The position numbers were made by a program, and so were the translations under genes. From positions 124,800 through 188,799 of the forward strand of contig CAWJGT010000032.1 of NCBI GenBank assembly GCA_963842525.1: a stretch of DNA of 64,000 nucleotides. The letters run 5' to 3'. The notes beneath the pieces were generated by a model. The model saw only the letters and a program-made list of their open reading frames with translations. It was not told the origin of the DNA and made no database searches. This stretch comes from an uncultured Holophagales bacterium. Its GTDB lineage: Bacteria; Acidobacteriota; Thermoanaerobaculia; Multivoradales; UBA5704. Below, in pieces: positions 1-9,539 of this stretch; within the stretch, counting starts at the first letter, position 1, and the number at the start of each line of letters is the position of its first letter.

Positions 1-1
1 C

Positions 2-208
2 TCGTACGGATACGAGGTCTATCGGGGCGAGGCACGGTTGTACTGGTATGACGACTTTCCTCATCCCGGAGATCCCTCTCTAGCTTCCACATTTCCGCAT
101 CACAAGCATGTACCGCCCAACCTGAGGCAGAACCGGATTCCTGCACCGGGGCTGAGCTTCGATCAGCCGAATCTCCCTCTAGTCTTTCGTGAAATCGAGC
201 AGATCTGA
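2..208 (+). CDS. 3' end of a DUF6516/TumE-like toxin-antitoxin family protein (partial, runs off window start)
   Basis: Manual translation of frame 2: [68 protein letters not shown]; YD..PH and PHHKH motifs are typical of DUF6516. Confidence 0.7.
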   Translation, partial: SYGYEVYRGEARLYWYDDFPHPGDPSLASTFPHHKHVPPNLRQNRIPAPGLSFDQPNLPLVFREIEQI

Positions 209-275
209 TCGTGAGGCGAGCACGCCAGCGCCGACACCAGAGCGACCAGCGCGACGGTCAGGAGAAACTGGGCCA

Positions 276-941
276 TCAGACAACCTCCTCCGCGAGGCCG
301 AGAAGGGCGGAGGGGCGGGCGAAGGAGCTCTCCAGCCGTTCGAGGTACCGTCCGACGTGCAGGCCGTCCATCAGCGCGTGGTGCACCTCGACCGAGACCG
401 GCATCATGAAACGGTCGCCGTCCGCGAAGTACTTGCCGAAGACGATCTTCGGAACCGAGTCCTGCCCGTCCCCTTTCCGGGCGTTGGAGAAGCTGGTGAA
501 GGAGATCCAGGGCAGGACCGAGCAGTGGATCAGGTCGTCCCGATCGTCGCGCGGCTCCAACCGGCCCCCGCCGGCACGGAGGCTCTCCAGCGCGTCCCTG
601 GCCTGCTCCGCGAACCGCGCGAAGTCGTCGTCGTACTCGAAATAGCAGAAGGCGAAGCGCTCGCCGTCGACCAGGGTCGTGGTCCCGGCATGGATGCGGT
701 CGTGCACGAGGACGCGGTCCCCGCGCAGCCGGTACCGGAACGGCTCCAGCTCGTTGGCCGCCCGCAGGGCCAGATAATGGTAGAAGAGGAAGAACGGGAG
801 GCCCTCCCGGGAGCGGACGAGGTGGAGGAGGCCCGTCACGTCCAGATTGGCGCAGACGCTGAAGAAGGGGTTGGCGTAGCCCTTGAAGAAGTGGAATTGC
901 TGGCGCCGGGGCCAGTTTTCCAGATCCAGATAGGCAGGCAT
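276..941 (-). CDS. cat: Chloramphenicol acetyltransferase (CatA-like O-acetyltransferase)
   Basis: 221 aa; N-terminal LENWPRRQQFHFF, SVLPWISFTSF, catalytic HHALMDGLH (compare HHAVCDGFH). Confidence 0.85.
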   Translation of the reverse strand: MPAYLDLENWPRRQQFHFFKGYANPFFSVCANLDVTGLLHLVRSREGLPFFLFYHYLALRAANELEPFRYRLRGDRVLVHDRIHAGTTTLVDGERFAFCYFEYDDDFARFAEQARDALESLRAGGGRLEPRDDRDDLIHCSVLPWISFTSFSNARKGDGQDSVPKIVFGKYFADGDRFMMPVSVEVHHALMDGLHVGRYLERLESSFARPSALLGLAEEVV

Positions 942-951
942 CGTCGTTCGG

Positions 952-1636
952 TTACTCGGCCGGCGGCGCGCTCGACTGGCTCCTGATCAGAGCGAGCCAC
1001 GCGAGCTCCGTTTCGAAAGCCCTGGCCGCTCCCGCCCAGAACCTCCGTTCGGCCTCTTTGTCCCGAGTCTGGTTCTTGAGGCTCGCCAGAAACGTAGCCT
1101 CGCCGCTCAGCCCATAGCCGAGCCGTCCTTTGGCGGCTGCTTCCGGCGCCACCAGGCGGAAGTAGTGGGCCTGGGCGGCATCCATCTCTTCGGATCTGGT
1201 CGAGCGGGTGACCACGAGCTTCCCCCGCGAACGTCATCGCCCCCGGCTGTACCATGATGGCCGTCAGGGGGATCATCTGCTGCGCGAACAAGGCCTTGAA
1301 GGGAATGCCGTAGCCCCGGGCGTGTGGCATCGTCGCCGCCACCGCGACGTAGCGGCCGGGCCGGACGTTGAGGAGGTACGCCTGGCCGTGCTTCTCGAAA
1401 GTCGACGGGATCAGGCTCTCGCCCGCCAGCATGTCCGCCTCGTCCTCGACGCGGACGAAGTACACCTGAAGAGCCGGCATGGTGTTGTGGAAGAGGGGGA
1501 CCTCGTACTGGACGACGATGCCGATCGAGCCGCGCTGAGGATTGGGAGGTGGTAGAGAAGGCTGCCGGGCGCCCGCCGCTCGCCCCAGGAGCGCGTGGAC
1601 CATCAGAGACAGGATTGCGGCGGCTCGAACGCTCAT
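952..1636 (-). CDS. Exported hypothetical protein, frameshifted near 1215; paralog of 1646-2329
   Basis: Signal peptide; RGSIGI..YLLNVRPGRYVAVAA..MIPLTAIMVQPGAM in ORF 836-1636 continues as DAAQAHYFRLVAPE..AERRFW in ORF 952-1215. Confidence 0.65.
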
Positions 1637-1645
1637 CGGGCTCTC

Positions 1646-2329
1646 TCACGGTTGCTGCAGCGCAGCCAGTCGCCGCTCGACCATCTCCAGCCAGGCTTTC
1701 TTGGACTTGAACACCTCGGCGCGAGCCTCCTCCCAGAATCTCCGTTCCGCCGCGGGCTCCCGGCTCATGCTCTCGAGGTCGGCCAGGTAGGCCCCCTGGC
1801 CGCTGAAGGAACGCGCGAAGTAGCCCTTCCGCTCCATTTCGGGTGCGATCAGGCGGTAGTAGTGGGTCTGCGCCGGGTCGCCCTTCTCCATGCCGAGGTG
1901 GGTGGCGATCAGGTATTCGCCGGCAAAGACCATCTCCCCCGGCGTCACGGTCACCTCGGTGAGGGGGATCAACTCCTGGGAGAAGACGGCCTTGAGGTCC
2001 ATGCCGGAAAGAGGGGCCGCCTTCAAATCCGCGGCCACCGCCACATAGCGTCCGGGCTTGGCATTGAGCAGATAGACCTGCTTGCCCTGCGAGAAGTTCG
2101 ATGGAATGACGGCATCCGCCGCCAGCGGGTCGATGTCTTCCTCGATCCGCACGAAGAAGATCTGGGTGGCCGACGAGCGGATCGCGCGCATGGGCGCCAG
2201 CGAACGGACCGTGATCCCAATCGAGCCGCGCTCGGCATCCGGCTGCGGCATCGGCAGCGTTTTTGCCACGGCAGCGGTGGCCAGAAAGCAGAGTCCGAGA
2301 AGGAGGATTTTGGGGAATCGTTCCATCAT
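1646..2329 (-). CDS. Exported hypothetical protein
   Basis: 227 aa, signal peptide; RGSIGI..YLLNAKPGRYVAVAA..AQTHYYRLIAPE..AERRFW; GGAGGGAG RBS upstream. Confidence 0.75.
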   Translation of the reverse strand: MMERFPKILLLGLCFLATAAVAKTLPMPQPDAERGSIGITVRSLAPMRAIRSSATQIFFVRIEEDIDPLAADAVIPSNFSQGKQVYLLNAKPGRYVAVAADLKAAPLSGMDLKAVFSQELIPLTEVTVTPGEMVFAGEYLIATHLGMEKGDPAQTHYYRLIAPEMERKGYFARSFSGQGAYLADLESMSREPAAERRFWEEARAEVFKSKKAWLEMVERRLAALQQP

Positions 2330-2434
2330 CGAAGGCTCCCTCCTTGCGCGAGGTGGGGGTGTACATCGCTATTCTATAAGGAGAGTGGCCGTTGGCAGAC
2401 GGACGTTTCATCTGAACTTTCGCAACCGCGGCCG

Positions 2435-2680
2435 GTGATCCTCCGTAATCTCCTTCAGCGCGAGGGCTACAACAGTCTCGACGAGGTCAGAGCCGATGGC
2501 GAGGTCCAGGGCCTCCGCAATGCCGTCGTCGAGGTTCTGATGGCTCGCGGCCTCGCGGTGGACGATGACCTGCGGGCCACTCTCGACGGGATCGACGATC
2601 CGGCGCTCCTCACGTCCCTCCTGCGCCAGGCGGCGACCGCCGCGACGGCAGTCGATCTCCTGGCGTCCGTCGCAGGCTGA
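2435..2680 (+). pseudogene. Fragment resembling the C-terminal helical tail of Uma2/Rpn-type proteins
   Basis: ILRNLLQREGYNSLDEVRADGEVQGLRNAVVEVLMARGLAVDDDLRATLDGIDDPALLTSLLRQAATA; no N-terminal nuclease domain visible. Confidence 0.5.
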
Positions 2681-2794
2681 CCCCCTGGTTTGCCCTTCCG
2701 GCGGTCCCCTGCTACAATCTCCACCCTTTGCGCCGTCCCGTTCGGTGGGGCGGTGAAGTCTGCCTCTCCTTGAGAGCCCCGGAGGTTTGAGAAC

Positions 2795-3037
2795 ATGCTG
2801 AAGATTCGGCTGCGCCGCATGGGCGCGCGGAACAATCCCTTCTACCGCGTGGTCGTGTCCGACTCGCGCAACACCCCCACGGCCTCGTCCGTGGAGGAGA
2901 TCGGCCACTACGACGTGACCAAGAACCCGGCGCAGGTGCACATCGACGTCGAGCGGGCCCGCTACTGGGTCGGCCTTGGCGCCCAGATGTCGCCGACGGT
3001 CAAGAAGCTCGTGAACCAGGTGGCGAAGAGTGCCTGA
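2795..3037 (+). CDS. rpsP: 30S ribosomal protein S16
   Basis: MLKIRLRRMGARNNPFYRVVVSDSR..EEIGHYD..GAQMSPTVKKL; GGAGG RBS; canonical operon context. Confidence 0.97.
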   Translation: MLKIRLRRMGARNNPFYRVVVSDSRNTPTASSVEEIGHYDVTKNPAQVHIDVERARYWVGLGAQMSPTVKKLVNQVAKSA

Positions 3038-3275
3038 GCTGGTCGACGATTTCCGGGAGCTGGTCCGCCTCCTGGTGGACAAGCCCGACGAGGTGGAGGT
3101 CACCGAGATCCCGAGCCGCCGCGGTGGCGGCATCCTCGAGCTGAAGGTCGCTCCCGACGATCTGGGCAAGGTGATCGGCCGCCAGGGCCGCACCGCCCGC
3201 GCCCTGCGCACCCTGCTGGAGACCCGGGAGGACCGGCGAGGCGTGCGCTATGAGCTCGAAATCCTCGAGGACTGA
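3030..3275 (+). CDS. khpA: KH-domain RNA-binding protein KhpA
   Basis: LVDKPDEVEV..VAPDDLGKVIGRQGRTARALRTLL; lies between rpsP and rimM. Confidence 0.93.
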   Translation: MPELVDDFRELVRLLVDKPDEVEVTEIPSRRGGGILELKVAPDDLGKVIGRQGRTARALRTLLETREDRRGVRYELEILED

Positions 3276-3814
3276 GACCCGCGAGCTGCCCGCGCGGGTG
3301 ACCGTCGGCCGCGTGCTGCGGCCGCACGGCGTGCGCGGGGAGCTGGTGGTCGAGGTGCTGAGCGACGTGCCCGGACGCCTCGGTCCCGGACGCTCTCTGC
3401 TCGCCGCCCGCGAGGAAGGCGGGCCGGCGAGGCCGCTCGAGGTGACCGGGCACCGTCCCCACAAGTCCGGGGCGCTGCTCACCTTCGCGGGGATCGGCGA
3501 CCGGGACGCGGCCGAAGGGCTGCGCGGCCTCTGGCTGGAGGTGGACCGCTCGCAGGTGCCGGCGCCGCCGCCGGGGACCTATTACCACTACGAGCTGCTC
3601 GGCTGCCGCTGTTACGACGGCGCCGGCGACCTCGGCGAGGTGGTGGACCTGATCGAGGACGGCGGCGGGCTGCTCCTGATCGTGGCGGACGGCGAGCGGC
3701 GGGTGCCGTTGCCGTTCGTTCGAACTGTTCCTGCGGGAGGTCGACGTGGAGGCGGGGCGCATCGTTTTCGAGCTGCCCCCGGGCCTGCTGGACGCATGCG
3801 CATCCAGGTCCTGA
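3250..3814 (+). CDS. rimM: Ribosome maturation factor RimM (apparent frameshift near 3725)
   Basis: VGRVLRPHGVRGEL..GTYYHYELLGC..VPLPFV; C-terminus FLREVDVEAGRIVFELPPGLLDACASRS* is in another frame and overlaps the trmD start. Confidence 0.9.
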
Positions 3815-4572
3815 CGATCTTTCCCGAGCTGTTCGGCCCCTTCCTGGCGACGAGCCTCGTGGGCCGGGCGATCGAGAAGGGTCTCCTGGAAGTCCGGGTG
3901 GCCGATCTGCGGGACTTTACGGAGGACCGCCACCGCAGCGTCGATGACGAGCCGTACGGCGGCGGCGGCGGAATGGTGATGACGGCACCCCCGTGGATCC
4001 GCGCGGTGCGTTCTTTGTCGGGCGAAGCGGGAGAGGGAAGTGGTCCCCGGAGGATCCTGTTGTCGCCCCAGGGCCGGCGGCTCGACGACGCCAAGGTCCG
4101 GGAGCTCGCGGGACGCGGCGACCTGCTCCTCCTCTGCGGGCGCTACGAAGGAATCGACGAGCGGGTGCGGCAGACGGTGGTGGACGAGGAGGTCTCGATC
4201 GGCGACTATGTGCTTTCCGGCGGCGAGCTGCCAGCCATGGTGCTGATCGAGGCGGTGTCGCGGCAGATCCCGGGAGTGGTCCAGCTCGCCGAGTCGGTGG
4301 AGCAGGACAGCTTCCGCGCGGGCCTGCTCGACCACCCGCACTACACCCGGCCGCCGCTGGTCGAGGGGCTGCCGGTGCCGGAGGTGCTCCTGTCGGGCCA
4401 CCATGCGGAGATCCGCCGCTGGCGCGACCGGGAGGCGCTGCGAGCCACCTGGGAGAAGCGGCCGGACCTGCTGGAGCAGCCGGAGGTGCGGGAGCGGCTG
4501 ACGCGGGAGCAGCGGCGGAGCTCGAAGAATTGGAGGGGATGGGGTGAGGGCCGGGTTGCGCGGCGATGCTGA
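3796..4572 (+). CDS. trmD: tRNA (guanine-N1)-methyltransferase TrmD
   Basis: MRIQVLTIFPELF..VDDEPYGGGGGMVM..CGRYEGIDERV..SIGDYVLSGGE..LLDHPHYTRP; true stop may be 4547 if there is a 3' indel. Confidence 0.95.
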   Translation: MRIQVLTIFPELFGPFLATSLVGRAIEKGLLEVRVADLRDFTEDRHRSVDDEPYGGGGGMVMTAPPWIRAVRSLSGEAGEGSGPRRILLSPQGRRLDDAKVRELAGRGDLLLLCGRYEGIDERVRQTVVDEEVSIGDYVLSGGELPAMVLIEAVSRQIPGVVQLAESVEQDSFRAGLLDHPHYTRPPLVEGLPVPEVLLSGHHAEIRRWRDREALRATWEKRPDLLEQPEVRERLTREQRRSSKNWRGWGEGRVARRC

Positions 4573-4635
4573 AATAGAAATAATGACGGAAAACGTCCCC
4601 CAGGCGGGCTCCGTCGGATTCGGACGAGGTGAGCC

Positions 4636-4998
4636 ATGAACCAGTTGGATCAGGTCGAGAGTGTCTATCTGCGGCAGGAGGTTCCCAGCTTCAATTCGGG
4701 GGACACGGTCCGCGTCCATGTGAAGGTCAAGGAAGGCGACAAAGAGCGCATCCAGATCTTCCAGGGCGTGATCATCGCGCGCCGCGGCGGCGGCACGCGG
4801 GAGACCTTCACCGTGCGCAAGATCTCGGGCAGCGTCGGCGTGGAGCGGATCTTCCCGCTCTGCTCGCCGTCGGTCGACCGGATCGAGGTCGTGCGGCGGG
4901 GCAAGGTGCGGCGCGCCAAGCTGTACTATCTGCGCAACCTGCGCGGCAAGGCGGCACGCATCGAAGAGCGGCGCGACGAGCCCCGCCCCCGCGGCTAG
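4636..4998 (+). CDS. rplS: 50S ribosomal protein L19
   Basis: [43 protein letters not shown]. Confidence 0.97.
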   Translation: MNQLDQVESVYLRQEVPSFNSGDTVRVHVKVKEGDKERIQIFQGVIIARRGGGTRETFTVRKISGSVGVERIFPLCSPSVDRIEVVRRGKVRRAKLYYLRNLRGKAARIEERRDEPRPRG

Positions 4999-5036
4999 GG
5001 CGCACACGCGGCGCAGGGCTCGAGAAAGGAGTCGCG

Positions 5037-5765
5037 GTGCCCAGGGCGACGACCGCAGCGGCAAACCCGGCGAGCCCGGCAGCCCCGGCTACCCCGGCTA
5101 CCCCGGCAATGATTGAGCTGTTTGCCGAGGCCTACCGCCTCCACCTCCTGCGAGGCCTGGAGGAGCGGCTCTCGCGTTGCGGCTTCTGCCGGATCGCAGG
5201 CGTCGACGAGGCGGGGCGCGGCTCGCTGGCCGGTCCCGTCGTAGCCGCCGCCGTCGTCATGGACGGCCGCCGTCTCGTGCCCGGGGTGGACGACAGCAAG
5301 CGCCTGACGGCGCCGGAACGCGAGCGGCTGGCGGACGCGATCCGTGCCAGCGCGCTCGCCTGGACCGTCGCGCAGGTGCAGGCGGACGTGATCGACCGGA
5401 TCAACATCCTGGAGGCCACCCGCCGCGCCATGTGCCAGGCCCTCTCCGGGATCCGCCCCTGCCCCGACATCGCGGTCATCGACGCCGTCGCCCTCGCGGC
5501 GGTCCCATGCCCCTGCCTCCCCCTGATCCGGGGCGATGCGGTCAGCTATGCGGTCGCCTGCGCGTCGATCCTCGCCAAGGTCGAGCGCGACCGGCAGATG
5601 GTGGCGCTCCACCAGCAGTATCCGCAGTACGGGTTCGCCGCCCACAAGGGCTATTCGGTGCCCCAGCACCTCCATGCCCTCGAAACCTTCGGCCCCTGCC
5701 CCGTGCACCGCCTGACCTATCGCCCGGTCCTCCCCCGCACCGGGTCGCCGGAGGCCCGCTGCTGA
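5037..5765 (+). CDS. rnhB: Ribonuclease HII
   Basis: IAGVDEAGRGSLAGPVVAAAV..DDSKRL..ASILAKVERD..YGFAAHKGY; GTG start after AAAGGAG. Confidence 0.95.
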   Translation: MPRATTAAANPASPAAPATPATPAMIELFAEAYRLHLLRGLEERLSRCGFCRIAGVDEAGRGSLAGPVVAAAVVMDGRRLVPGVDDSKRLTAPERERLADAIRASALAWTVAQVQADVIDRINILEATRRAMCQALSGIRPCPDIAVIDAVALAAVPCPCLPLIRGDAVSYAVACASILAKVERDRQMVALHQQYPQYGFAAHKGYSVPQHLHALETFGPCPVHRLTYRPVLPRTGSPEARC

Positions 5766-8320
5766 TGGCCGTCTCCCGCGAGCAGATCGTCCAGTCCGCC
5801 GAAAAGTACGTGGCGCGCGGCAAGATCGAGCCGGCGATCCGCGAATACCGCAAGCTCCTGGCGGAAAACCCGAACGACATCAACACCCTGAACCGGGTCG
5901 GGGACCTCTACGCCCGCATCCAGCGCAACGACGAGGCCATCGATTTCTTCACGCAGATCGCCGAGCAGTACACGGCCGAGGGCTTCTTCGTCAAGGCGAT
6001 CGCGATCTACAAGAAGATCATCAAGCTCGACCCGACGCGGCTGGAGGTCTACGAGCAGCTCGCCGAGCTGTACGGCAAGCAGGGCCTGATCAACGAGGCG
6101 CGCACCCAGTATCAGGTGCTCGCCGACTACTACCAGAAGCACGACAATGCGGCCTCGGCCATCGCCATCTATCAGAAGATGGCCCAGCTCGAGCCGGACA
6201 ACCCGACCTATCACGTCAAGCTCGCCGAGATCTATCACCAGCAGCAGCTCATCGAGAAGGCCATGGGGGAGTACCGCGTCATCGCCGAGCTGATGCTGCA
6301 GCACGGCCGGCCGCAGGAGGCGGCGCAGGTCTACGAGCGGGCCCTCGACATCGACAGCCAGAACCTCGTCTTCATCGAAGAAGCTGCGGACAGGCTGCGC
6401 GGCGCGGGCCACGCCGCGGGGGCCGACCATTTCCTGGTGATCGCGGTCGAGCGCAATCCCAAGGCGCAGGAGATCGCCCGCCGGCCCCAGCCGGCGCAGG
6501 ACGACCGGACCACCCGCACGCTCGATCTCGCGCCCGAGCCCGATGTTGATGTCATTGCCGAGCCCGAGCCGCCGCGGCGCCGGGCCGCTCCGCCGGAGCC
6601 GGAGGAACCGGACGACCAGCTCGATCTCACCTTCGGCGGCGACGACCTGGCGCGCGCCATGGCGGAAGCCGAGGCCGCGGTCGCGGGCGCTCCAGCCCGG
6701 GCTGCCGCGCCGGCTGCCGACGCGGCCGACGAAATCGAGCTCGACCTCGAGCTCGACCTCGACCTGGCGGACGTGTTCGAGGTCGACCTGCCGGATGAGG
6801 ACGAGGCGCCGTCCAGCCTGGTGCGGCCGCCGGCAGACCTCCTGGAGGCGCCGCGCCGGCCGGCCTGGTCGCAGGAGGCCGGGCAACCCGTGGAAGCCGC
6901 GTCGCCGGCGTCGCCGACATCGCCAGTTACCGAGCCCGAAGCCGAGGTCGAGCTGTCGCTCGACGACGACGCCTTTCTGCTCCCGGAGATCGAGATCGAG
7001 CCGGCTTCCGCCGTGGAGGAGCCGGCCGAGCCCGCCCTGGAGCTGGAGCCCGAGGCGGAGGCCGCGACGCAGGAGGCCGAGCGCGAAGAGGACCTCGTCT
7101 CCGAAGCCGAGGTGCTGGCCAAGTACGGGCTGGAGGACAAGGCGGTCGAACGGCTGGGCGAAGCCCTGCGGCTGCGGCCCGATCACCTGCAGGCCCTTGC
7201 CCTGCTCCTCCAGATCCACCTCGGCAAGGGGCACCACACCCACGTGGTGGAGCTGGCGAACCGGATGGCCGGAGCCGCCGAACGGAAGAAGAACCGCGAT
7301 CCCTGGCAGAAGGTCCGCAAGAAGCTGCTGGACGCCGGCTACCGGCTGGACGGCGACCACGTGGCGTCCGGTCCGCAGGTGGCGCGCATCTCCGCCTCGG
7401 CCGATCAGGTGGACGAGCTGCTGCGCGGGCTGGTCGACAAGGCCCCGGCCACGCCGCGCCCGCGGCCGGCAGCGCCTCCGGCGGCTCCTCCCGAACCCAT
7501 GGCGCCCTCGTCGCCGCCGGCCCCGCCGCCCCCTCCTCTGCCGGCCGGACGGGCCATCTTCAACCCGCTCCAGATCGCGGACCTGGTCGAGCGCGAGGGG
7601 GAGGAAGTGGACTGGCTGCCGGTGGAAGAGTCGGTCCTTCCCGGGAAGCCGGCCCCGCCCCAGCTCGTCTCCGACTTCGCCTCGCTGGACGACACCGGCA
7701 GCATGAGCTGGCTCGACGAGGCGGACCGGACCCGGGAGGAAAAGGCGGCTGGGGGGGCGGGAGGCGCGGAAGCCAGCGCGGCCGAGCTGTTCGCCGAGGA
7801 GGACGACTTCTTCGACCTGGCGGGCGAGCTCGTGGAGGAGCTGTCGAAGGAGGAGGTCTTCCAGCGCGACGGCGTGATGGTCCAGGCGGAGCAGACGCTG
7901 GAAGAGATCGTCGAAGGCTTCAAGAAAGGCGTCGCCGAGCACCTGTCGCCGACCGACTACGACACCCATTTCAACCTGGGGATCGCCTACCGCGAGATGG
8001 GGCTCCTCGACGAGGCGATCGGCGAGTTCCAGCTCGCCGCCAAGGACGTCCGGTACTTCGTGCTCTGCTGCTCGATGCTCGGCCTCTGCTTCCTCGACAA
8101 GGGCCTGCCGGAGCTGGCGATCAAGTGGTACCGCCGCGCCCTGGAGGCGCCCGGCATCAGCGAGGACGACAGCCTCGGGATGCTCTACGACCTGGGCAAC
8201 GTCTACATGCAGATGGGCGATCAGGCGACCGCCTACAAGACCTTCGTGGATCTGTACGGCATCAACAGCAACTACCGCGACGTCGTGGCCAAGCTCGAAG
8301 AGCTCGGCCGGCCGCGCTAG
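5765..8320 (+). CDS. Large TPR protein with acidic/Pro-rich linker (SgmX/FimV-like architecture)
   Basis: N-terminal TPRs (MAVSREQIVQSAEKYVARGKIEPAIREY..), acidic linker, C-terminal DYDTHFNLGIAYREMGLLDEAIGEFQ TPRs; TGATG overlap with rnhB. Confidence 0.85.
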   Translation: MAVSREQIVQSAEKYVARGKIEPAIREYRKLLAENPNDINTLNRVGDLYARIQRNDEAIDFFTQIAEQYTAEGFFVKAIAIYKKIIKLDPTRLEVYEQLAELYGKQGLINEARTQYQVLADYYQKHDNAASAIAIYQKMAQLEPDNPTYHVKLAEIYHQQQLIEKAMGEYRVIAELMLQHGRPQEAAQVYERALDIDSQNLVFIEEAADRLRGAGHAAGADHFLVIAVERNPKAQEIARRPQPAQDDRTTRTLDLAPEPDVDVIAEPEPPRRRAAPPEPEEPDDQLDLTFGGDDLARAMAEAEAAVAGAPARAAAPAADAADEIELDLELDLDLADVFEVDLPDEDEAPSSLVRPPADLLEAPRRPAWSQEAGQPVEAASPASPTSPVTEPEAEVELSLDDDAFLLPEIEIEPASAVEEPAEPALELEPEAEAATQEAEREEDLVSEAEVLAKYGLEDKAVERLGEALRLRPDHLQALALLLQIHLGKGHHTHVVELANRMAGAAERKKNRDPWQKVRKKLLDAGYRLDGDHVASGPQVARISASADQVDELLRGLVDKAPATPRPRPAAPPAAPPEPMAPSSPPAPPPPPLPAGRAIFNPLQIADLVEREGEEVDWLPVEESVLPGKPAPPQLVSDFASLDDTGSMSWLDEADRTREEKAAGGAGGAEASAAELFAEEDDFFDLAGELVEELSKEEVFQRDGVMVQAEQTLEEIVEGFKKGVAEHLSPTDYDTHFNLGIAYREMGLLDEAIGEFQLAAKDVRYFVLCCSMLGLCFLDKGLPELAIKWYRRALEAPGISEDDSLGMLYDLGNVYMQMGDQATAYKTFVDLYGINSNYRDVVAKLEELGRPR

Positions 8321-8330
8321 CCACCCCCGT

Positions 8331-8624
8331 CCAGCGCATGCTCCGCAAACCCAGCGTCACCTCACGCTGGCGCAGCGTCCCGAGACGCTGGCCCAGCGTA
8401 CGCTCCGCAAAACCAGTGTGAGCTCACGCTGGCGCAGAGTCCCGGGACGCTGGCCCAGCGTGCGCTCCGCAAAACCAGCGTGAGCTCACGCTGGAGCAGA
8501 GTCCCGGGACACTGGCCCAGCGTGCGCTCCGCAAATCCAGCGTGAGCTCACGCTGGCGCAGAGTCCCGGGACGCTGGCCCAGCGTACGCTCCGCAAAACC
8601 AGCGTGAGCTCACGCTGGCGCAGC
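8331..8624. repeat. About 4.7 tandem copies of a 62-bp unit containing two palindromes
   Basis: Unit CCAGCGTGCGCTCCGCAAAA-CCAGCGTGAGCTCACGCTGG-CGCAGAGTCCCGGGACGCTGGC. Confidence 0.9.
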
Positions 8625-8647
8625 GGGCGAGCCGAACGGTCCATTCT

Positions 8648-8740
8648 AGCCCCGCGAGGGGCGACCGGAATTAGCCCGGGATTTCAATCCCGGGAATCCA
8701 GGCCCCCCACCCATCCCAAGCCCCGCCAGGGGCGACAGGA
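8648..8740 (+). repeat. REP family A copy (left flank of transposase)
   Basis: AGCCCCGCGAGGGGCGACCGGAATTAGCCCGGGATTTCAATCCCGGGAA...AGCCCCGCCAGGGGCGACAGG. Confidence 0.9.
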
Positions 8741-8814
8741 CCCTCCGCTCCCGTTGCGAGATCCCGCAATCCGCATTACGATCTCCCGCACAATCTGGCC
8801 ATTGGACCAAGACC

Positions 8815-9270
8815 ATGCGGGACACATACTCGAAACTCAACTACCACCTCGTCTTCAGTACGAAGAACCGCGTCCCTCTGATCAAGGACACCTTCCGTGA
8901 TGCGCTCTATGCCTACATGGGAGGGATCCTTCGAGGCAACGGCGGTGTCCTTCTGATTGCGGGAGGTATGCCGGACCATGTCCACCTCCTGACGGGATGG
9001 GGGACGAGCATCTCGGTCGCCAAGATGCTGCAACTCATCAAGGGAAACTCCTCGAAATGGATGAATGAGCGGCCCGACGCGCCGGTGGGAGGCTTCAATT
9101 GGCAGCCCGGCTACGGAGCCTTCACGGTGAGCGCCTCAAAGATTCCGGAGGTACGAAATTACATTCGAAACCAGGAGGAACACCACTGGAAGATGACCTT
9201 CGAAGAGGAGCTCATGGAGCTGTTGAGGCGGCATGGAGTCGAATACAATCCGGAGGATTTCGAGGAATGA
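8815..9270 (+). mobile_element. tnpA: IS200/IS605-family Y1 (HUH) transposase, RAYT-like
   Basis: YHLVFSTKNR, HUH motif DHVHLL, WQPGYGAFTVS, YIRNQEEHH; flanked by inverted REP copies; no tnpB. Confidence 0.92.
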
Positions 9271-9271
9271 T

Positions 9272-9361
9272 TCCTGTCGCCCCTGGCGGGGCTTCGGCGT
9301 TGGGGGGCCCGGTCCCCGGGATTGAAATCCCGGGCTAATTCCGGCCGCCCCTGGCGGGGCT
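9272..9361 (-). repeat. REP family A copy, inverted (right flank of transposase)
   Basis: TCCTGTCGCCCCTGGCGGGGCT...CCCGGGATTGAAATCCCGGGCTAATTCCGG, reverse complement of 8648-8740. Confidence 0.9.
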
Positions 9362-9380
9362 GGGGAGCAGCGTGTGCTTG

Positions 9381-9487
9381 CCGCTCTTCCATCGCTACAT
9401 CGGGATCGACGACTTCGGCGCTGCAAAGCCTTCGAGCCACCTGCGTGGACTGACGGCCTTCGTCGCCGACCGCGAAAACGAGCTGGC
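9381..9487 (+). pseudogene. Inverted degenerate copy of the 5' end of the DUF429-like gene at 10129-10941
   Basis: Translates PLFHRYIGIDDFGAAKPSSHLRGLTAFVADRENEL versus PLFHRYIGIDYSGAATPSSLLRGLTVFVADRESEP. Confidence 0.8.
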
Positions 9488-9539
9488 TCCGCGGCAACTC
9501 GCCGCGATCCTACCTGTCGGCTTCCAAATTATTTCGTGA

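Noticed and set aside
3250-4572. Apparent RimM-TrmD fusion ORF (440 aa)
   Set aside because: The normal RimM C-terminus is present in another frame and trmD has its own ATG at 3796; a single indel near 3725 explains the fusion
8331-8624. Possible CRISPR array
   Set aside because: Units are nearly identical along their whole length, with no unique spacers and no cas genes in the window
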